A stretch of DNA of 64,000 bases from Salinispira sp. (lineage in GTDB: Bacteria > Spirochaetota > Spirochaetia > DSM-27196 > Salinispiraceae), in NCBI GenBank assembly GCA_965602015.1, contig OZ271918.1:2816001-2880000 (forward strand), written 5' to 3'. The position numbers and the translations under genes are program-made. A model generated the notes under the pieces. That model ran no database searches. It worked only from the letters and a program-made list of their open reading frames with translations, and had not been told where the DNA came from. Positions 19,153-30,488 of this stretch are shown here, one piece after another (the stretch's first letter is position 1; each line of letters starts with the position of its first letter).

Positions 19153-19689
19153 CTATTGGCTTTCATCCAGGTACATCCGGTATCCCCGCTCTTCCAGGCT
19201 TTCTATTTTTTCCCTGACCTGCCCCTCCAGGTCTTCCCGGTAGGCATGTATCTTCGAACGGACCGCCGGGTCCGCTGACCCCACAATCCGGGCCGCCAGC
19301 AGACCGGCGTTCTTGGCACCATTAATCGCCACCGTCGCCACCGGAATGCCCCCGGGCATCTGGACGATGCTCAACAGACTGTCCAGACCGTTGAGGCTCC
19401 GGGTCTTCACCGGCACCCCGATTACCGGAAGGCTGGTGAGGCTTGCCACCATTCCCGGCAAATGGGCGGCCCCGCCGGCGCCGGCGATTATCACCCGAAG
19501 GCCCCGTTCCTCGGCCTGCCGCGCGTAGTCGTACATACGCCCCGGCGTACGGTGGGCCGATACGATGGTCAGCTCATAGGACAGACCGAGCTCATCGAGA
19601 ACCTGGGCCGCATCCTTCATAACCGGAAGGTCTGAATCGCTTCCCATAATAATCCCCACCAGCGGGGAATTGCCGTCTTTGCCCGTCAT
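19153..19689 (-). CDS. purE: N5-carboxyaminoimidazole ribonucleotide mutase
   Basis: [34 protein letters not shown]. Confidence 0.98.
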   Translation of the reverse strand: MTGKDGNSPLVGIIMGSDSDLPVMKDAAQVLDELGLSYELTIVSAHRTPGRMYDYARQAEERGLRVIIAGAGGAAHLPGMVASLTSLPVIGVPVKTRSLNGLDSLLSIVQMPGGIPVATVAINGAKNAGLLAARIVGSADPAVRSKIHAYREDLEGQVREKIESLEERGYRMYLDESQ

Positions 19690-20909
19690 GACTTATCTCC
19701 TTCAATCCTCACGGTCCGCTCCAGCCTGGCAGCCCGGCTCAGCGCAGACTCGAGGGAGTCGTCGAGTACCGTGAAGTGTCCCATTTTGCGGTTCGGACGC
19801 ACATCCCGTTTGCCGTACCAGTGGAGGAATGCGTTCTTTTCCGCCAGAAGTTCATGGTATCCCCGGATCTGCGGCGTGCCTTCAGCCCCCGCAGCTCCCA
19901 GCAGGTTCACCATGACCGAGGGCCGGATCAGCTCGGTAGAGCCCAGGGGTAAGCCGCAGACCGCACGCAAATGCTGTTCGAACTGACTGGTAACCGCTCC
20001 CTCGATGGTCCAATGACCCGAATTGTGCGGCCGGGGGGCGATTTCGTTTATGAGTATGGCTCCCGATGAGTCGAGAAACAGCTCCACGGCGAAGATGCCG
20101 ACGCCGTTCAGGCTCTCAACGGCGGCCACCGCAATCTCCCTGGCGCGCAGCGCCCGGTCCTCGGGAATCCGGGCCGGGGCGCAAACCGAATTACAGATCT
20201 GGGTGTGGGGATCGAACACCATCTCGATAACCGGATATACCCGGGTCCGGCCCGACGGGCTTCTGGCCAGGAGCACCGCCAGCTCCACCTGGAAATCCAC
20301 CAATTCCTCGAGCATAGACGGACCGGGCAGCAGGGGGTCATCGGGACGGGAGATTTTCGCCACTCCCCTGCCGTCATACCCCCCCCTTCGGGTTTTTTGA
20401 ATGCAGGGCAGCCCGAATTCCGCCAAGGCGGCCCTGGCTTCGTCGCTGTTGGCCGATGGCGCCGATGTGAGAGATTGGGCTTCAGGGGAGCCGCCGCTAT
20501 TCCCGAGAATCCGAGGTCCGGCGAATTCCGTAAATCGGGGAACCGGCAGTCCCGCATCGGAAAGAAGCCTTTTTTGTCGGAGCTTGTCCTGGATGTTCAG
20601 AAGGACGGCGGGATCGGGCAGGATTGTGCTGCCCGAAGCCTGTATGTTCTGGAGCTCCGCGGCGTCTATATGCTCGATTTCGTAGGTGAGAACATCCGCC
20701 CGGTCGGACAGTCGCCTGAGGGCATCGCCGTCGGTCAGGGAGCCCTGGATGCAGTGATCAGCCAGTCCGAAGGCCGGCGGATGAGGGGAAGGGTCGAGGA
20801 CCACCGTCGTAATGCCAAGGCGCCGGGCTTCCCAGCACATCATCCGTCCCAGCTGTCCGCCGCCGATAATGCCGAGAACCGGCCCGGGGTAGCGCGTAGT
20901 CCCGTCCAT
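19686..20909 (-). CDS. purK: N5-carboxyaminoimidazole ribonucleotide synthase
   Basis: [40 protein letters not shown] before ATG 20909. Confidence 0.96.
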   Translation of the reverse strand: MDGTTRYPGPVLGIIGGGQLGRMMCWEARRLGITTVVLDPSPHPPAFGLADHCIQGSLTDGDALRRLSDRADVLTYEIEHIDAAELQNIQASGSTILPDPAVLLNIQDKLRQKRLLSDAGLPVPRFTEFAGPRILGNSGGSPEAQSLTSAPSANSDEARAALAEFGLPCIQKTRRGGYDGRGVAKISRPDDPLLPGPSMLEELVDFQVELAVLLARSPSGRTRVYPVIEMVFDPHTQICNSVCAPARIPEDRALRAREIAVAAVESLNGVGIFAVELFLDSSGAILINEIAPRPHNSGHWTIEGAVTSQFEQHLRAVCGLPLGSTELIRPSVMVNLLGAAGAEGTPQIRGYHELLAEKNAFLHWYGKRDVRPNRKMGHFTVLDDSLESALSRAARLERTVRIEGDKS

Positions 20910-21011
20910 GGGGCTGCCTCCTGATACTGGCAACTATGATAAATATTTCCACCGGCGTCAACGAAGTCGATTTTCTGGACAGGGAACCGGGCTGACAATA
21001 GAATAGTAAAC

Positions 21012-22346
21012 ATGGCGGATAAAATCCTCATCGGTCACAGCAACATGGATCTGGACTGTTTCGGATCCATGGCCATGGCCCGATACCTGTACCCCGAACA
21101 TCAGCTCGTGAGAAGCGGGCGCATCCACCCCGTCGCGAAAAACCTGTACACCATATACCGGGAACATCTCTCGATGATCAGCGCCAAGGAACTCAAAACC
21201 CTTGATGTATCGGAAATTGTCGTGCTCGACACCCGGCAGTTCGACAGGGTGAAGGAATATTTCCGGTTTATGCCGAACTTCGACGGGAAGATAACGGTGT
21301 ACGACCACCATGACCAGACAGTCTGCGATCTCAAGAATGCCGAGGTTCACTCGGCGGGCTACGGTTCGAATACCAGCATGATGGCCCTTATGCTTCGGGA
21401 ACGGAATATAGCGGTCCACGACATCGATGCGACCATAGCCTTGGCAGGTATTTATGCCGACACCGGTAACTTCACCCACGAGTCCGTAACCGAAGGCGAC
21501 TTCGCCGCGGCATCCTATCTGCTTCACCACGGAGCATCCCTCACCGCAGTGCGAAAGCTCCTGTCCAAGCTGCGGGAAGACCACCAGATGGATATCTTCC
21601 ATCAGCTGCTCAACGCCCTGGAGTTCCGGCAGATTCACGGCTTTTCCCTGATTACCAGCTACCTCAAACTCGAGGGGCAGGTAGCCGGACTTGCGGCGGT
21701 CATAGAGAGGGTATTCGAGGTGGAGGATGCCGATGCGTACATCGCGGTTTTCGAAATGGAAAAGGAACAGTCCCACCTGCTCATCGGCAGGGCGGGAAAC
21801 CGGCGCATCGACCTGAATCTGATTATGAACAGCTTCGGAGGTGCAGGCCATCCACAGGCGGCCAGCGCCCTGGTAAAAAACTCCGGCGGCTTTCCCATTT
21901 ACGGACATCTGGTGAACGTGCTGAATCAGCGCCTCAATCACGCCCTGACCAGCATTGAGCTGATGGGGCCGGCCACCACCATACCCGAGGACTGGAACCT
22001 GCTGCAAACCGCCCTCCACTTGGAGGAAACAAACAACTCCGGGGCACCGGTGATAGACAAGGACATGCGCCTGACCGGCATGATAACCCTACGGGACATT
22101 CAGAAGGGACGGCGGGCCGAGCAGATGAACGCGCCGGTAACGGCTTACATGACCCGGAAGGTAATTTCCGCTGACAACAACACCACCATCAGGCAGATCG
22201 AGAAGCTTTTCTACCAGCACGACATCGGCCACCTGCCCATCGTCCAAAACGACGTGGTCGTCGGAATGGTCACCCGTTCAGACTATCTGCGCTTCCTCCA
22301 CAAGGACTCAGAGCTTTCTCGTCTTGTGCTGCAGCCAGAGCCGTAA
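21012..22346 (+). CDS. DHH/DHHA1 phosphoesterase with C-terminal CBS pair
   Basis: GH.N.D.D..GS, DHH, DTG, GGAGH, then tandem CBS domains; 3' end overlaps the convergent gene by 39 bp. Confidence 0.85.
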   Translation: MADKILIGHSNMDLDCFGSMAMARYLYPEHQLVRSGRIHPVAKNLYTIYREHLSMISAKELKTLDVSEIVVLDTRQFDRVKEYFRFMPNFDGKITVYDHHDQTVCDLKNAEVHSAGYGSNTSMMALMLRERNIAVHDIDATIALAGIYADTGNFTHESVTEGDFAAASYLLHHGASLTAVRKLLSKLREDHQMDIFHQLLNALEFRQIHGFSLITSYLKLEGQVAGLAAVIERVFEVEDADAYIAVFEMEKEQSHLLIGRAGNRRIDLNLIMNSFGGAGHPQAASALVKNSGGFPIYGHLVNVLNQRLNHALTSIELMGPATTIPEDWNLLQTALHLEETNNSGAPVIDKDMRLTGMITLRDIQKGRRAEQMNAPVTAYMTRKVISADNNTTIRQIEKLFYQHDIGHLPIVQNDVVVGMVTRSDYLRFLHKDSELSRLVLQPEP

Positions 22347-24083
22347 TTCGCTGTCCAGCAGGGGAGACAATCGGCGCCACACTGTCTGGTGATACTGATT
22401 CAGCCATGCCAGCTCGTCGGAAGTAAGCAGCGAGGAATTGATCAGCTCCAGCTCGATTGGGCAGAGCGTGAGGGTCTCGAACATCAGGAAACCCGAAAGC
22501 TCGGGATGCTCGACCACCGCTTCGAGGTTTTCTATGCGGATGCCGTGGGACCCCTCCACGTAATATCCCGGTTCGTTCGACACGATCATTCCGGGCAGCA
22601 GTTCCTGTTTGATAAAGCGCGTACTGATGCTCTGGGGGCCTTCGTGTACATTCAGGGCAAAACCGACTCCGTGACCCGTGCCGTGGGCGTAATTCAGACC
22701 CCGGCTCCACAGGCCTTGGCGGGCCAGCACGTCGAGCTGAAGCCCGCTGGTTCCCCGGGGGAACACCGCCTGTGAAAGGGCGATGTTCCCCTTGAGGACC
22801 AGGGTAAAATGATCGATCTGGGATTGGCTTACATCGTGTATGCCGAGGGTTCGGGTTATGTCGGTGGTTCCGTCGGCATACTGACCCCCGCTATCAATAA
22901 GCAGCATGCCGTTTTGTTCCACCGGCAGGGAGCTTGTTTCGTTGACCCGGTAATGCACGATTGCCCCGTGTGCCCCGAAGCCGACGATGGCCGGGAAGCT
23001 GTCGCCGATGTACCCCTCTCCGGCGCGTCGTATTTCACTGATTTTGCCGCTAATCATCATTTCATCGAGGGGTTCGCGGTTTTCAACGCGTTTTTCTATC
23101 CAGTGAAGCAGGCGAACCATGGCCGCCCCGTCTCGCTCCATCACCGTCCTGGTGGACTCCAGTTCCACCGTCGTTTTGACCGCCTTCCACAGCTTCACCG
23201 GCGATTCCGCCGGCGCAAAGCCGTCGCCGAGCGCCTGGGCAGCCGCCATATTGATGGTGCCGGGGTCGGCGCACACCTTCCCTTCAATCTTTTCCAGTTC
23301 GGTAATAAAACCGGCATATGGCAAAACGGATATTCCGTCGGCCTCGAGCCCGGCGGCGATCTCCCTGCTCATGTCTTCGCCATGGGTAAAGAGGGAAGCC
23401 TCGTCTGGAGAAACAAGCAGGTAGGCATAAAACACCGGATTGCATTCCACGTCGCTTCCCCGGAGGTTCAACAGCCAGGCGATTTCATCCAGGGCGGTGA
23501 CCAGCACAAAATCCTCAGGCCGGTCGGCCAGCCAGAGCCTGAGCCGCTCCAATCGCCGGGAGCGGGTCTCTCCGGTATGCTTCGACGACGTTTCGTAGAA
23601 GGGCCGGGCGGGAAGAGCGGGCCTATCCTTCCACACGGCTTCCAGAGGATCGATTCCGGCAATCAGCTTCAGCCCGTACCTGACCAGCCGGGCGGCCATG
23701 GCGGAAAACATAGCCTGGGGAAAGGATTCGGCGGAGACCAGAACCTGATCGGATGCGCCGGCTCTTTTCTTGTGCCGGGCGGCGATCCATTCCTCGATTT
23801 CCGGAGTATCGGGCAGTCCCATCTTCATTAACTCAATCCCGGTTCCGGCCAGAACCTCGCCGGCCTCCAGGAAGTATCTGCCGTCGGTCCACAGGGCTGC
23901 TCCGTCCAGGGTTACGACGGCGGTGCCGGCGGAACCGTGAAATCCGCTAATCCACGCCCGCCCTTCCCAGCGAGGAGCCACGTACTCGGACATGTGGGGG
24001 TCGGTGGACGGGATAATCAGGGCATAGGCGTTTCGGTTTTCAAGCTCGGACTGAACTGCGCGAATCCGCTGCGTAATGTTCAT
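22308..24083 (-). CDS. Xaa-Pro aminopeptidase (M24B)
   Basis: DPH.SEY, TDGRY, DSGGQY.DGTTD.TRT, HGTGHG, HEGP, NEPGYY, GIRIEN; start MNITQ at 24083. Confidence 0.93.
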   Translation of the reverse strand: MNITQRIRAVQSELENRNAYALIIPSTDPHMSEYVAPRWEGRAWISGFHGSAGTAVVTLDGAALWTDGRYFLEAGEVLAGTGIELMKMGLPDTPEIEEWIAARHKKRAGASDQVLVSAESFPQAMFSAMAARLVRYGLKLIAGIDPLEAVWKDRPALPARPFYETSSKHTGETRSRRLERLRLWLADRPEDFVLVTALDEIAWLLNLRGSDVECNPVFYAYLLVSPDEASLFTHGEDMSREIAAGLEADGISVLPYAGFITELEKIEGKVCADPGTINMAAAQALGDGFAPAESPVKLWKAVKTTVELESTRTVMERDGAAMVRLLHWIEKRVENREPLDEMMISGKISEIRRAGEGYIGDSFPAIVGFGAHGAIVHYRVNETSSLPVEQNGMLLIDSGGQYADGTTDITRTLGIHDVSQSQIDHFTLVLKGNIALSQAVFPRGTSGLQLDVLARQGLWSRGLNYAHGTGHGVGFALNVHEGPQSISTRFIKQELLPGMIVSNEPGYYVEGSHGIRIENLEAVVEHPELSGFLMFETLTLCPIELELINSSLLTSDELAWLNQYHQTVWRRLSPLLDSELRLWLQHKTRKL

Positions 24084-24218
24084 GGGGCCTCCAGGTGCGC
24101 TATTTTTAAAGAAAGGGCTGTTATTGTAATACAGGGCATGATTTCTGTCCAACTTGTGGACTCAATACATTGGCGGCTGGTATCAATTAATACTTATATT
24201 CAATATATTAAACAGCAT

Positions 24219-26318
24219 ATGAAAAACATGAAGCTCACTACTAAAATCGCGCTTATTTTCGGGGTAATGGGATTCCTGCTGCTAAACCTTGCGGGGATGA
24301 ACTTCTACACATCCCAGTTGGTGCAAAGCGGCTACAGAAATCTGTTGGACGGCGCCATGGCAAAATCCGTGGCGGTGGCTAATATATCCTCCCGGATGCA
24401 GGAACTTCTCGCCCTCGACTCCCGATTCGATTTCACCCTTGAAACCAGCTATCACGTCAATGCAGGCCGGGTTTTCCGGTGCCTGCAGGATGAAATAGAC
24501 CGGCTGCGCTCCATAGAATCCGCCATGGCTTCAGGATCGCCTGATGAAAACGCCCTGGAGCAGGTGAACAAGCTCGCCGCTGAGGCCTCCAATTTCCGCA
24601 ATGTGAGTGACGAGATTTATGAAAAAACCCTGGAGAAGGGACTAACCCGGAACGAAGGGCTGTCGGGCAGCCTGGAGACCGCCGCAGCATCCCTCGGCGA
24701 TCTGGTAACCCGACTCGGCGGCTCGGAGCTGGAAAACCGGGTTCTCGCCCTGCGCCTTGCCGAGCGGACGGTCCTGCTGGACCGCAGCGAAGAAAATTTG
24801 TCTCTCCACGGTGGAATCCTCGACAACCTGTTCATCCTCGCGGCGAACCTCCGGGGGCCGGAAGCCGACAGGCTTCAGTTGACCGCCGCATTGGAAAATT
24901 ACCGCGGTGCATTTAACGCCCTGATGAGGTTGCAGGACGATCTGGATTTTCTCTACGACCGGAGGCAGCAGATTCTCACTCTCACGACGGTTTCCCTCGC
25001 CGGGGAACGGCTGCAGGCAGAAGAAACCCTGGCGGAAGCCACTGCCGGGATAGAACAGCTCATCAGCTCCCTAAATGTGTTTTTACTGTCGGTGACCGGC
25101 GCGGTCCTGCTTCTCGCGGGGGTAATCGCTGTGTTCATTACCCGGGCAATTCGCCGGTCGGTTCAAAAGGCCCTTGAGAGCGCCGAGTACCTGTCCAGGG
25201 GCGATTTTACTCATCGGGTAAAAAGCGACCGGAACGATGAGCTGGGAAGGATCATTTCGGGAATCGGCACGGCGGTGAGCAACCTGTCGGTCCTCATTCG
25301 GGAATCCGCCGATCTGGCCAGGGGAAGCGGTGAGCTCAGCCGGGAACTGGCGGCAAACAGTGAGGAAAGCCAGGCGGCCATCATCGAAATACAGGCGAAT
25401 CTCCGTTCAATAAGCGCGATGGCTGAAACCCTCCGCAGCTCAAGCGGCCACAACCTCGATTCAGTCCGGAAGATAGACGAGAGCATTCAGGAGCTCAACG
25501 GCCTGGTGGAGCATCAGTCTTCGGGAATTATTCAAACCACTGCCTCCATCGAGGAGATGATTGCCAATATTCAGAACGTCAGCGGCATTTCCCGCCAGCG
25601 CTCCGAGGGCATCAACACGCTCCTGGAAATGACCAGGAAAAACGGGGTTGAGATTCAGAACACCAACAGCACCGCCGAAGAAATTTCCGGCCTGGCGAAA
25701 AACATCATGGATATCACCTCGGTCATTAACGGAATTGCCGCCCAGACGAATCTTTTGGCTATGAATGCCGCCATCGAGGCGGCCCATGCGGGCGATGCCG
25801 GACGGGGCTTTGCGGTGGTTGCCGATGAAATCAGGAAACTCGCCGAATCAACCGGAGCCAATGCCGGACAGATCAGCCAGATGCTGAAACACATTACTGA
25901 GAGGATCCGCACGGTGGCATCGAGCTCTCATGAAAGCGCGAACACCTTTTATACCATCGAAGGTGAAATTCAAAGTTTTACCCATTCGTTCTCCGAAATT
26001 GTCAGTGCGATGAACGAAATGTCCGTGGGCTCCACCCAGGTTCTCGAAGCCTCCCAGTCGATGAAGGATGAGCTGGAAGCCCTGTCTAGGCGGAGCAGGG
26101 GAATCAGCGGAGAAACCCGGAACATCTTCGACAGCAGCAGGTCCATGGATGACCAGGTATCCAACATCACCCGGGGCATAGAAGAAATCACCCTGGCCAT
26201 CGGTCATATTTCCGACGGATCACAGCAGGTAGCCGTCATCGCCCAGGAAAATCTCCGGGGGATGAGCGGTATCGAAGAGAAACTGGCGAGTTTCAAGCTC
26301 GAAGAGAAGGCAGTGTAA
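24219..26318 (+). CDS. Methyl-accepting chemotaxis protein (periplasmic helical sensor, HAMP)
   Basis: Two TM segments, HAMP (DELG), [32 protein letters not shown]; start 24219 or 24228. Confidence 0.93.
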   Translation: MKNMKLTTKIALIFGVMGFLLLNLAGMNFYTSQLVQSGYRNLLDGAMAKSVAVANISSRMQELLALDSRFDFTLETSYHVNAGRVFRCLQDEIDRLRSIESAMASGSPDENALEQVNKLAAEASNFRNVSDEIYEKTLEKGLTRNEGLSGSLETAAASLGDLVTRLGGSELENRVLALRLAERTVLLDRSEENLSLHGGILDNLFILAANLRGPEADRLQLTAALENYRGAFNALMRLQDDLDFLYDRRQQILTLTTVSLAGERLQAEETLAEATAGIEQLISSLNVFLLSVTGAVLLLAGVIAVFITRAIRRSVQKALESAEYLSRGDFTHRVKSDRNDELGRIISGIGTAVSNLSVLIRESADLARGSGELSRELAANSEESQAAIIEIQANLRSISAMAETLRSSSGHNLDSVRKIDESIQELNGLVEHQSSGIIQTTASIEEMIANIQNVSGISRQRSEGINTLLEMTRKNGVEIQNTNSTAEEISGLAKNIMDITSVINGIAAQTNLLAMNAAIEAAHAGDAGRGFAVVADEIRKLAESTGANAGQISQMLKHITERIRTVASSSHESANTFYTIEGEIQSFTHSFSEIVSAMNEMSVGSTQVLEASQSMKDELEALSRRSRGISGETRNIFDSSRSMDDQVSNITRGIEEITLAIGHISDGSQQVAVIAQENLRGMSGIEEKLASFKLEEKAV

Positions 26319-26968
26319 TGGGCGAGAGCATTAACGCGGTAATTTTTGATCTTGACGGCACCTTGCTGTATACCCTGGACGATATCCGCAATGCGCTCAA
26401 CCATTCCCTGGAGCTTCACGGCTACCCGCCGCTGGATTTGCAGAAGGTGAGAAGCCTTGTGGGTCACGGTCTTGTGCAGCTTGCCCGGGATGCCCTCCCT
26501 CAGGGGACCGGGGAGGAAACAGCCGATGCGATCTACCGGGAACTGGCGGAACATTACGCCGCCGACCCGGTGGGAGTCAGCCGCCCGTACCGGGGCATTA
26601 TTCCCATGCTCGACACTCTCAAGGACCGCGGTCTGCCGATGGCGGTGTGGAGCAACAAGGATGAGAATCTGGTAAAAACAATCTGCGGAAAGCTCTTTCC
26701 CGGGTATTTTACGGTCTGCGCCGGCCGCCGCCCGGGTCTCCCGGCAAAACCCGCCCCTGAGGCCGGGGCTCAAATCCTGTCACTAATGGGGCAAGAGCGG
26801 GAGTCGGTGCTCTACGTGGGAGATTCGGAAGTTGACGCCATGACGGCGGCAAACAGCGGCATGCCGTTTATGGCTGTGGGCTGGGGCTACCGTGACCGGG
26901 AGTTTTTGGAGCAGAGCGGCGCCCGCTGGATCATCGACGAGCCCGCCGAACTCCCGATTCTTATTTAA
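26318..26968 (+). CDS. HAD-family hydrolase (phosphoglycolate phosphatase-like)
   Basis: FDLDGTL, SNK, KP.P, YVGDS..D. Confidence 0.9.
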   Translation: MGESINAVIFDLDGTLLYTLDDIRNALNHSLELHGYPPLDLQKVRSLVGHGLVQLARDALPQGTGEETADAIYRELAEHYAADPVGVSRPYRGIIPMLDTLKDRGLPMAVWSNKDENLVKTICGKLFPGYFTVCAGRRPGLPAKPAPEAGAQILSLMGQERESVLYVGDSEVDAMTAANSGMPFMAVGWGYRDREFLEQSGARWIIDEPAELPILI

Positions 26969-27040
26969 GCCCGGCACCGAACCCGATGTAAGCCGGGCGC
27001 CGTATCTGAATTTATCCGGGCCCATGCCGGAAGATATCGG

Positions 27041-28252
27041 CTACCCGGCTGCAGCAGTATAAAAGCGGTGAACAGTCAGCTCTTCATACGCTGTCCCCGG
27101 ACGGAGAATGCACTCGGGGAATCCCGGCTGATTCGGCGAATCCGGATAGTACTGGGCCTCGAGGCACACGCCGGACTGACGGGGAAAAGAAGCCCCGGAC
27201 CTACCGTTTTCTTCATTGAGATAATTACCGGTGTAAAACTGAAGCCCCGGTAGGCTGCTGTAGACTTCCATAACCCGGCGTTCGCCACCGGGGACATCTT
27301 CCGGGGCATAATCAAGGCGCGCCGCCAATCGCGGGCGATGCCGGTCCGCAAGCTCGGCCAGATCACGGGGAACGACGCCGGCGCTTTCCAAGCCCTCCGC
27401 TGAATTGCTCCCGGCTGAAATCAATTTGAGGGGCGCCTGGCTCCGGTCGATCTCGTAGCAGTGGTCGTAGCCCGAGGGCATCAGGGGTTCCAGATCTAGC
27501 CCGCCGGCCATGGGACGCCGGTAGATTCTCGAGGAAAGTTCGACGGGGTAGCTCAGATCCATCATGCCGTTTCCGCAGCCGGCGTCCGCCAGGGTGCCGG
27601 TGGGAATACCGCTCCCGTCCACATCCACATAGCGCCTGGAGGGAATGGCGATCCGATGCCCCCTGAGGCTCCCGGCCCCTTCTCCCGCCAGGTTCCAGTA
27701 AGCGTGATTGGTGAGGTTGACCGGGGTCGGGGCATCGCTTTCAGCCTTGTAGTGCATAAACAGGTAGCTCTCGCCATCCTGACCCGCAGCCAGAATGTAA
27801 CTGACCCGGGCCGTCAGGTTGCCGGGGAAACCGCCGTCGCCGTCGGGACTGAGGATCTCAAAGCTCACACCGGCATACCCCCCCTGAGGATCTTCCACCG
27901 GGAAGGGCGTCCAGCGCCGGTAAGCAAGGTTGGCCGAGCCGCTGTGCAGGCTGTTGGGTCCGTCGTTGGCCTCCAGTTTGTAGTCCGTGCCGTCGATACG
28001 GAATGATGCGCCGGCGATCCGGTTCGCATACGGCCCGGCGGTTGCACCCATGAGCGCGATCTGGTTCTCATAATCTACCAGCTTGTCAAACCCCAGGCAG
28101 ATTTCCCGTCCGCCCCAGCGAAGGGACAGAATGCTCGCTCCGTAGTCCGTCAGGCTGAGGGATTCGATGACCCCGGGGGCGTCATTGACCTCCCAGCGGT
28201 CTATGCCTTCCCCTCCGCCGGTGGTGCCAAAACGCAGTCTCGATAGCTTCAT
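27041..28252 (-). CDS. galM: Aldose 1-epimerase (mutarotase)
   Basis: G.YANRI, SLH.G, GFPG, NLTNHAYWNL, YDH, QFYTGN, CLE.Q..PD. Confidence 0.92.
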   Translation of the reverse strand: MKLSRLRFGTTGGGEGIDRWEVNDAPGVIESLSLTDYGASILSLRWGGREICLGFDKLVDYENQIALMGATAGPYANRIAGASFRIDGTDYKLEANDGPNSLHSGSANLAYRRWTPFPVEDPQGGYAGVSFEILSPDGDGGFPGNLTARVSYILAAGQDGESYLFMHYKAESDAPTPVNLTNHAYWNLAGEGAGSLRGHRIAIPSRRYVDVDGSGIPTGTLADAGCGNGMMDLSYPVELSSRIYRRPMAGGLDLEPLMPSGYDHCYEIDRSQAPLKLISAGSNSAEGLESAGVVPRDLAELADRHRPRLAARLDYAPEDVPGGERRVMEVYSSLPGLQFYTGNYLNEENGRSGASFPRQSGVCLEAQYYPDSPNQPGFPECILRPGTAYEELTVHRFYTAAAG

Positions 28253-28312
28253 GTTCCCTCCTGGCTTCAGGCTCGGCCGCCTTTGTCCACCAATACGCCC
28301 GGCCGCTTAGAC

Positions 28313-28342
28313 AAAAAAACGGCAGCGTCGGGTGACGCTGCC
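28313..28342 (-). terminator. Rho-independent terminator after the DHODH-like gene
   Basis: GGCAGCGTC/GACGCTGCC stem with a T7 run on the minus strand. Confidence 0.7.
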
Positions 28343-28400
28343 TTAATTATACGAAAAATTGCGCCGCCGCAGGCAGAAATTCCTGTGCGGCCCCTTCGAA

Positions 28401-29414
28401 TTAAATGAGATTCGGCCGTTTTACATAATCGTTGCTGCGAAGAAGCATACGGACGTATTGGGCCCGGCGGTAAGCCATCTTGTCTTCGTTGTTGCGCTCT
28501 GACAGTTTGCCCCGGAAGTCGGCTATTGAGGCATACCCTTTTTTATCCATCCACTCCTCAATGCCTTTGAGTATGACACCGATGTGGTCGAGCTTGTTTT
28601 TGTACACTGCGCTGACAACCTGGAATGAGCCGGCGCCGGCGAGAAGCATGGAAAGAGCGTCATCACCATTGTGAATTCCGTTTGAGGCGCATATGTCTGC
28701 TTTCACCTTGTCCGCCAGCATGCCGACGAAGCGAAGGGGAAGGCGGTTATCTTCCGAGCTGGACAGGTTCCAGGGATACCGGCTGCTTTCTTTATCGATA
28801 TCGATGGACGGATGGAAGAAGCGGTTAAACAGCACCAGTCCGTCCGCTCCGGAATCCGCAAGTTTGGTAATGAACTGAACCGGGCTTGTATAATATGGGC
28901 TCAGTTTGACGGAAACCGGAATCTTGACGGCCTTCTTAACCGCAGCGATGGCCTCAAGCTGATCCCCTTCTATGTCCGCCGCCGGGTCCAGCCGGTCATT
29001 GGGAATTGCGAAAAAGTTGAGTTCGAGTCCGGCAACCCCGGTGTCCTCGAGCTTTTTGGCCCATTCGGCCCAGGTCTTGGTGTTGATTGCGTTCAGGCTG
29101 GCTATGACCGGGATGTTCACAGCTTCGACAGCCCGCTGTGTCCACATGAGGTGCTCGTCGGGACCCGCATGCTCAACCTCGGGGAAAATGCTCTGCATCT
29201 CCGCATGCCAGTTATCGTACATGTGAAGATCTTCATCGTGGCTCTGTTTTTGAAACTGGATCTGCTCTTCGAAGAGGCTTTTTATTATGAGGGCTCCGGC
29301 TCCCTTCTCTTCGATTTTCCGGATTGCATCCATATTGGACGTCAGGCTACAGGCTCCAATGATAAGCGGATTATTCATCGGAATACCCATATAGCTCGTA
29401 TGCAATTTCGACAT
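28401..29414 (-). CDS. Dihydroorotate dehydrogenase-like FMN protein
   Basis: Y.G....NP, KSLFEE, IASLN, ELN, VKLSP, LFNRF; lacks the catalytic SCP motif. Confidence 0.85.
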   Translation of the reverse strand: MSKLHTSYMGIPMNNPLIIGACSLTSNMDAIRKIEEKGAGALIIKSLFEEQIQFQKQSHDEDLHMYDNWHAEMQSIFPEVEHAGPDEHLMWTQRAVEAVNIPVIASLNAINTKTWAEWAKKLEDTGVAGLELNFFAIPNDRLDPAADIEGDQLEAIAAVKKAVKIPVSVKLSPYYTSPVQFITKLADSGADGLVLFNRFFHPSIDIDKESSRYPWNLSSSEDNRLPLRFVGMLADKVKADICASNGIHNGDDALSMLLAGAGSFQVVSAVYKNKLDHIGVILKGIEEWMDKKGYASIADFRGKLSERNNEDKMAYRRAQYVRMLLRSNDYVKRPNLI

Positions 29415-29540
29415 GGTCGCTCCTTAACGATTTTGGTACAAGGACATTCTAGGGCCATGGTAGTGCAAAGTCAAATACATTGGACCCGGCGGCAACATAA
29501 GATTGTTGATTTCCCGGTCCCCGGCGGGTATAGTGCACTC

Positions 29541-30395
29541 ATGGATCATCCCCTCATTCGATTTAAAAACGTCTCCTTTTTCTATCTGGATAAAGACGCC
29601 CCTCAGGACTTGAAGCAGCTCAGCGAGGACGACCTCAACTTCGTTTTCCAGGATTTGGATATTGATCTGCCGGCGGGAGTGCTCAGCGTAATCGGGGAAA
29701 ACGGCATCGGCAAGAGTACCCTCATGCTCCTGGCGGCCGGCAGGCTATTCCCGGTGAACGGGTCGGTGGAAATTCTCGGAACCGACAGCGCGGAATTCAG
29801 GCAGGCTAATCAGACCCCCGCCCTGGAAGCCCGTCGGAATGCCCTGGCTTCGGTGCTGTATCAGAACATGGAATTCGAAAGCAATGATTCCCTCGGGGAC
29901 ATGATTGACGGGGTGTTTTCCGGAGGGCTTCACGAGGAAGCAGCCAGCTGGGTGCTCACCGAAAGCCGTTCGGTATTCGAACTGGATAACCTTCTCTCCC
30001 GGCGCTTTCAGGAGCTTTCGAAGGGTGAAATGCAGCGGGCCCTCATGGCGATCGCCGTGGCCTACGGCTCCTCCATCCTGTTTATGGACGAACCGGTCTT
30101 CGCACTGGAGGCGTATCAGAAAGAAAAATCCCTGGAATTTCTGAAGAATTACAGCCACCGGACCAGCCGCAGCCTCATTTATTCGGCTCACAACATCCAT
30201 CTGTGCAGGGATTACGCCGACAACACCCTGCTGATGCGAAAGGACGGCAACTTCGTCCTGGGCGCTGCAGCGGATGTCTGCCAGAAAGACGTCCTGGAAG
30301 CAGCCTACCAGGTACCCATGGATTTCCTTCACAAGAAGGAACGGCTGTACCGGGACATGCTGCTCAAGGGAAGTCAGGGCCCCGGTTCCAACTAA
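29541..30395 (+). CDS. ABC transporter ATP-binding protein (orphan)
   Basis: Walker A GENGIGKS, signature LSKGE, Walker B FMDEP, H-loop; likely start MDHPL at 29541. Confidence 0.85.
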   Translation: MDHPLIRFKNVSFFYLDKDAPQDLKQLSEDDLNFVFQDLDIDLPAGVLSVIGENGIGKSTLMLLAAGRLFPVNGSVEILGTDSAEFRQANQTPALEARRNALASVLYQNMEFESNDSLGDMIDGVFSGGLHEEAASWVLTESRSVFELDNLLSRRFQELSKGEMQRALMAIAVAYGSSILFMDEPVFALEAYQKEKSLEFLKNYSHRTSRSLIYSAHNIHLCRDYADNTLLMRKDGNFVLGAAADVCQKDVLEAAYQVPMDFLHKKERLYRDMLLKGSQGPGSN

Positions 30396-30400
30396 AAATA

Positions 30401-30444
30401 AACCACGCGCAAACCACGAGCAAACTCAGAGCAGACCAAGGGCG
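30401..30444. repeat. Short degenerate tandem repeat, about 4 x 11 bp (AACCACGAGCA)
   Basis: aaccacgcgca, aaccacgagca, aactcagagca, gaccaagggcg in the convergent intergenic gap. Confidence 0.5.
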
Positions 30445-30488
30445 AATCCAGCTAGGGGCGGAAAACGAGCAGACCGGGTGACTCGGTA

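Noticed and set aside
23937..24218. Long N-terminal extensions of the MCP and the aminopeptidase in the ORF track
   Set aside because: They overlap each other across an AT-rich divergent promoter; downstream starts fit the families better. The 28812-29540 extension of the ABC ATPase is rejected likewise.
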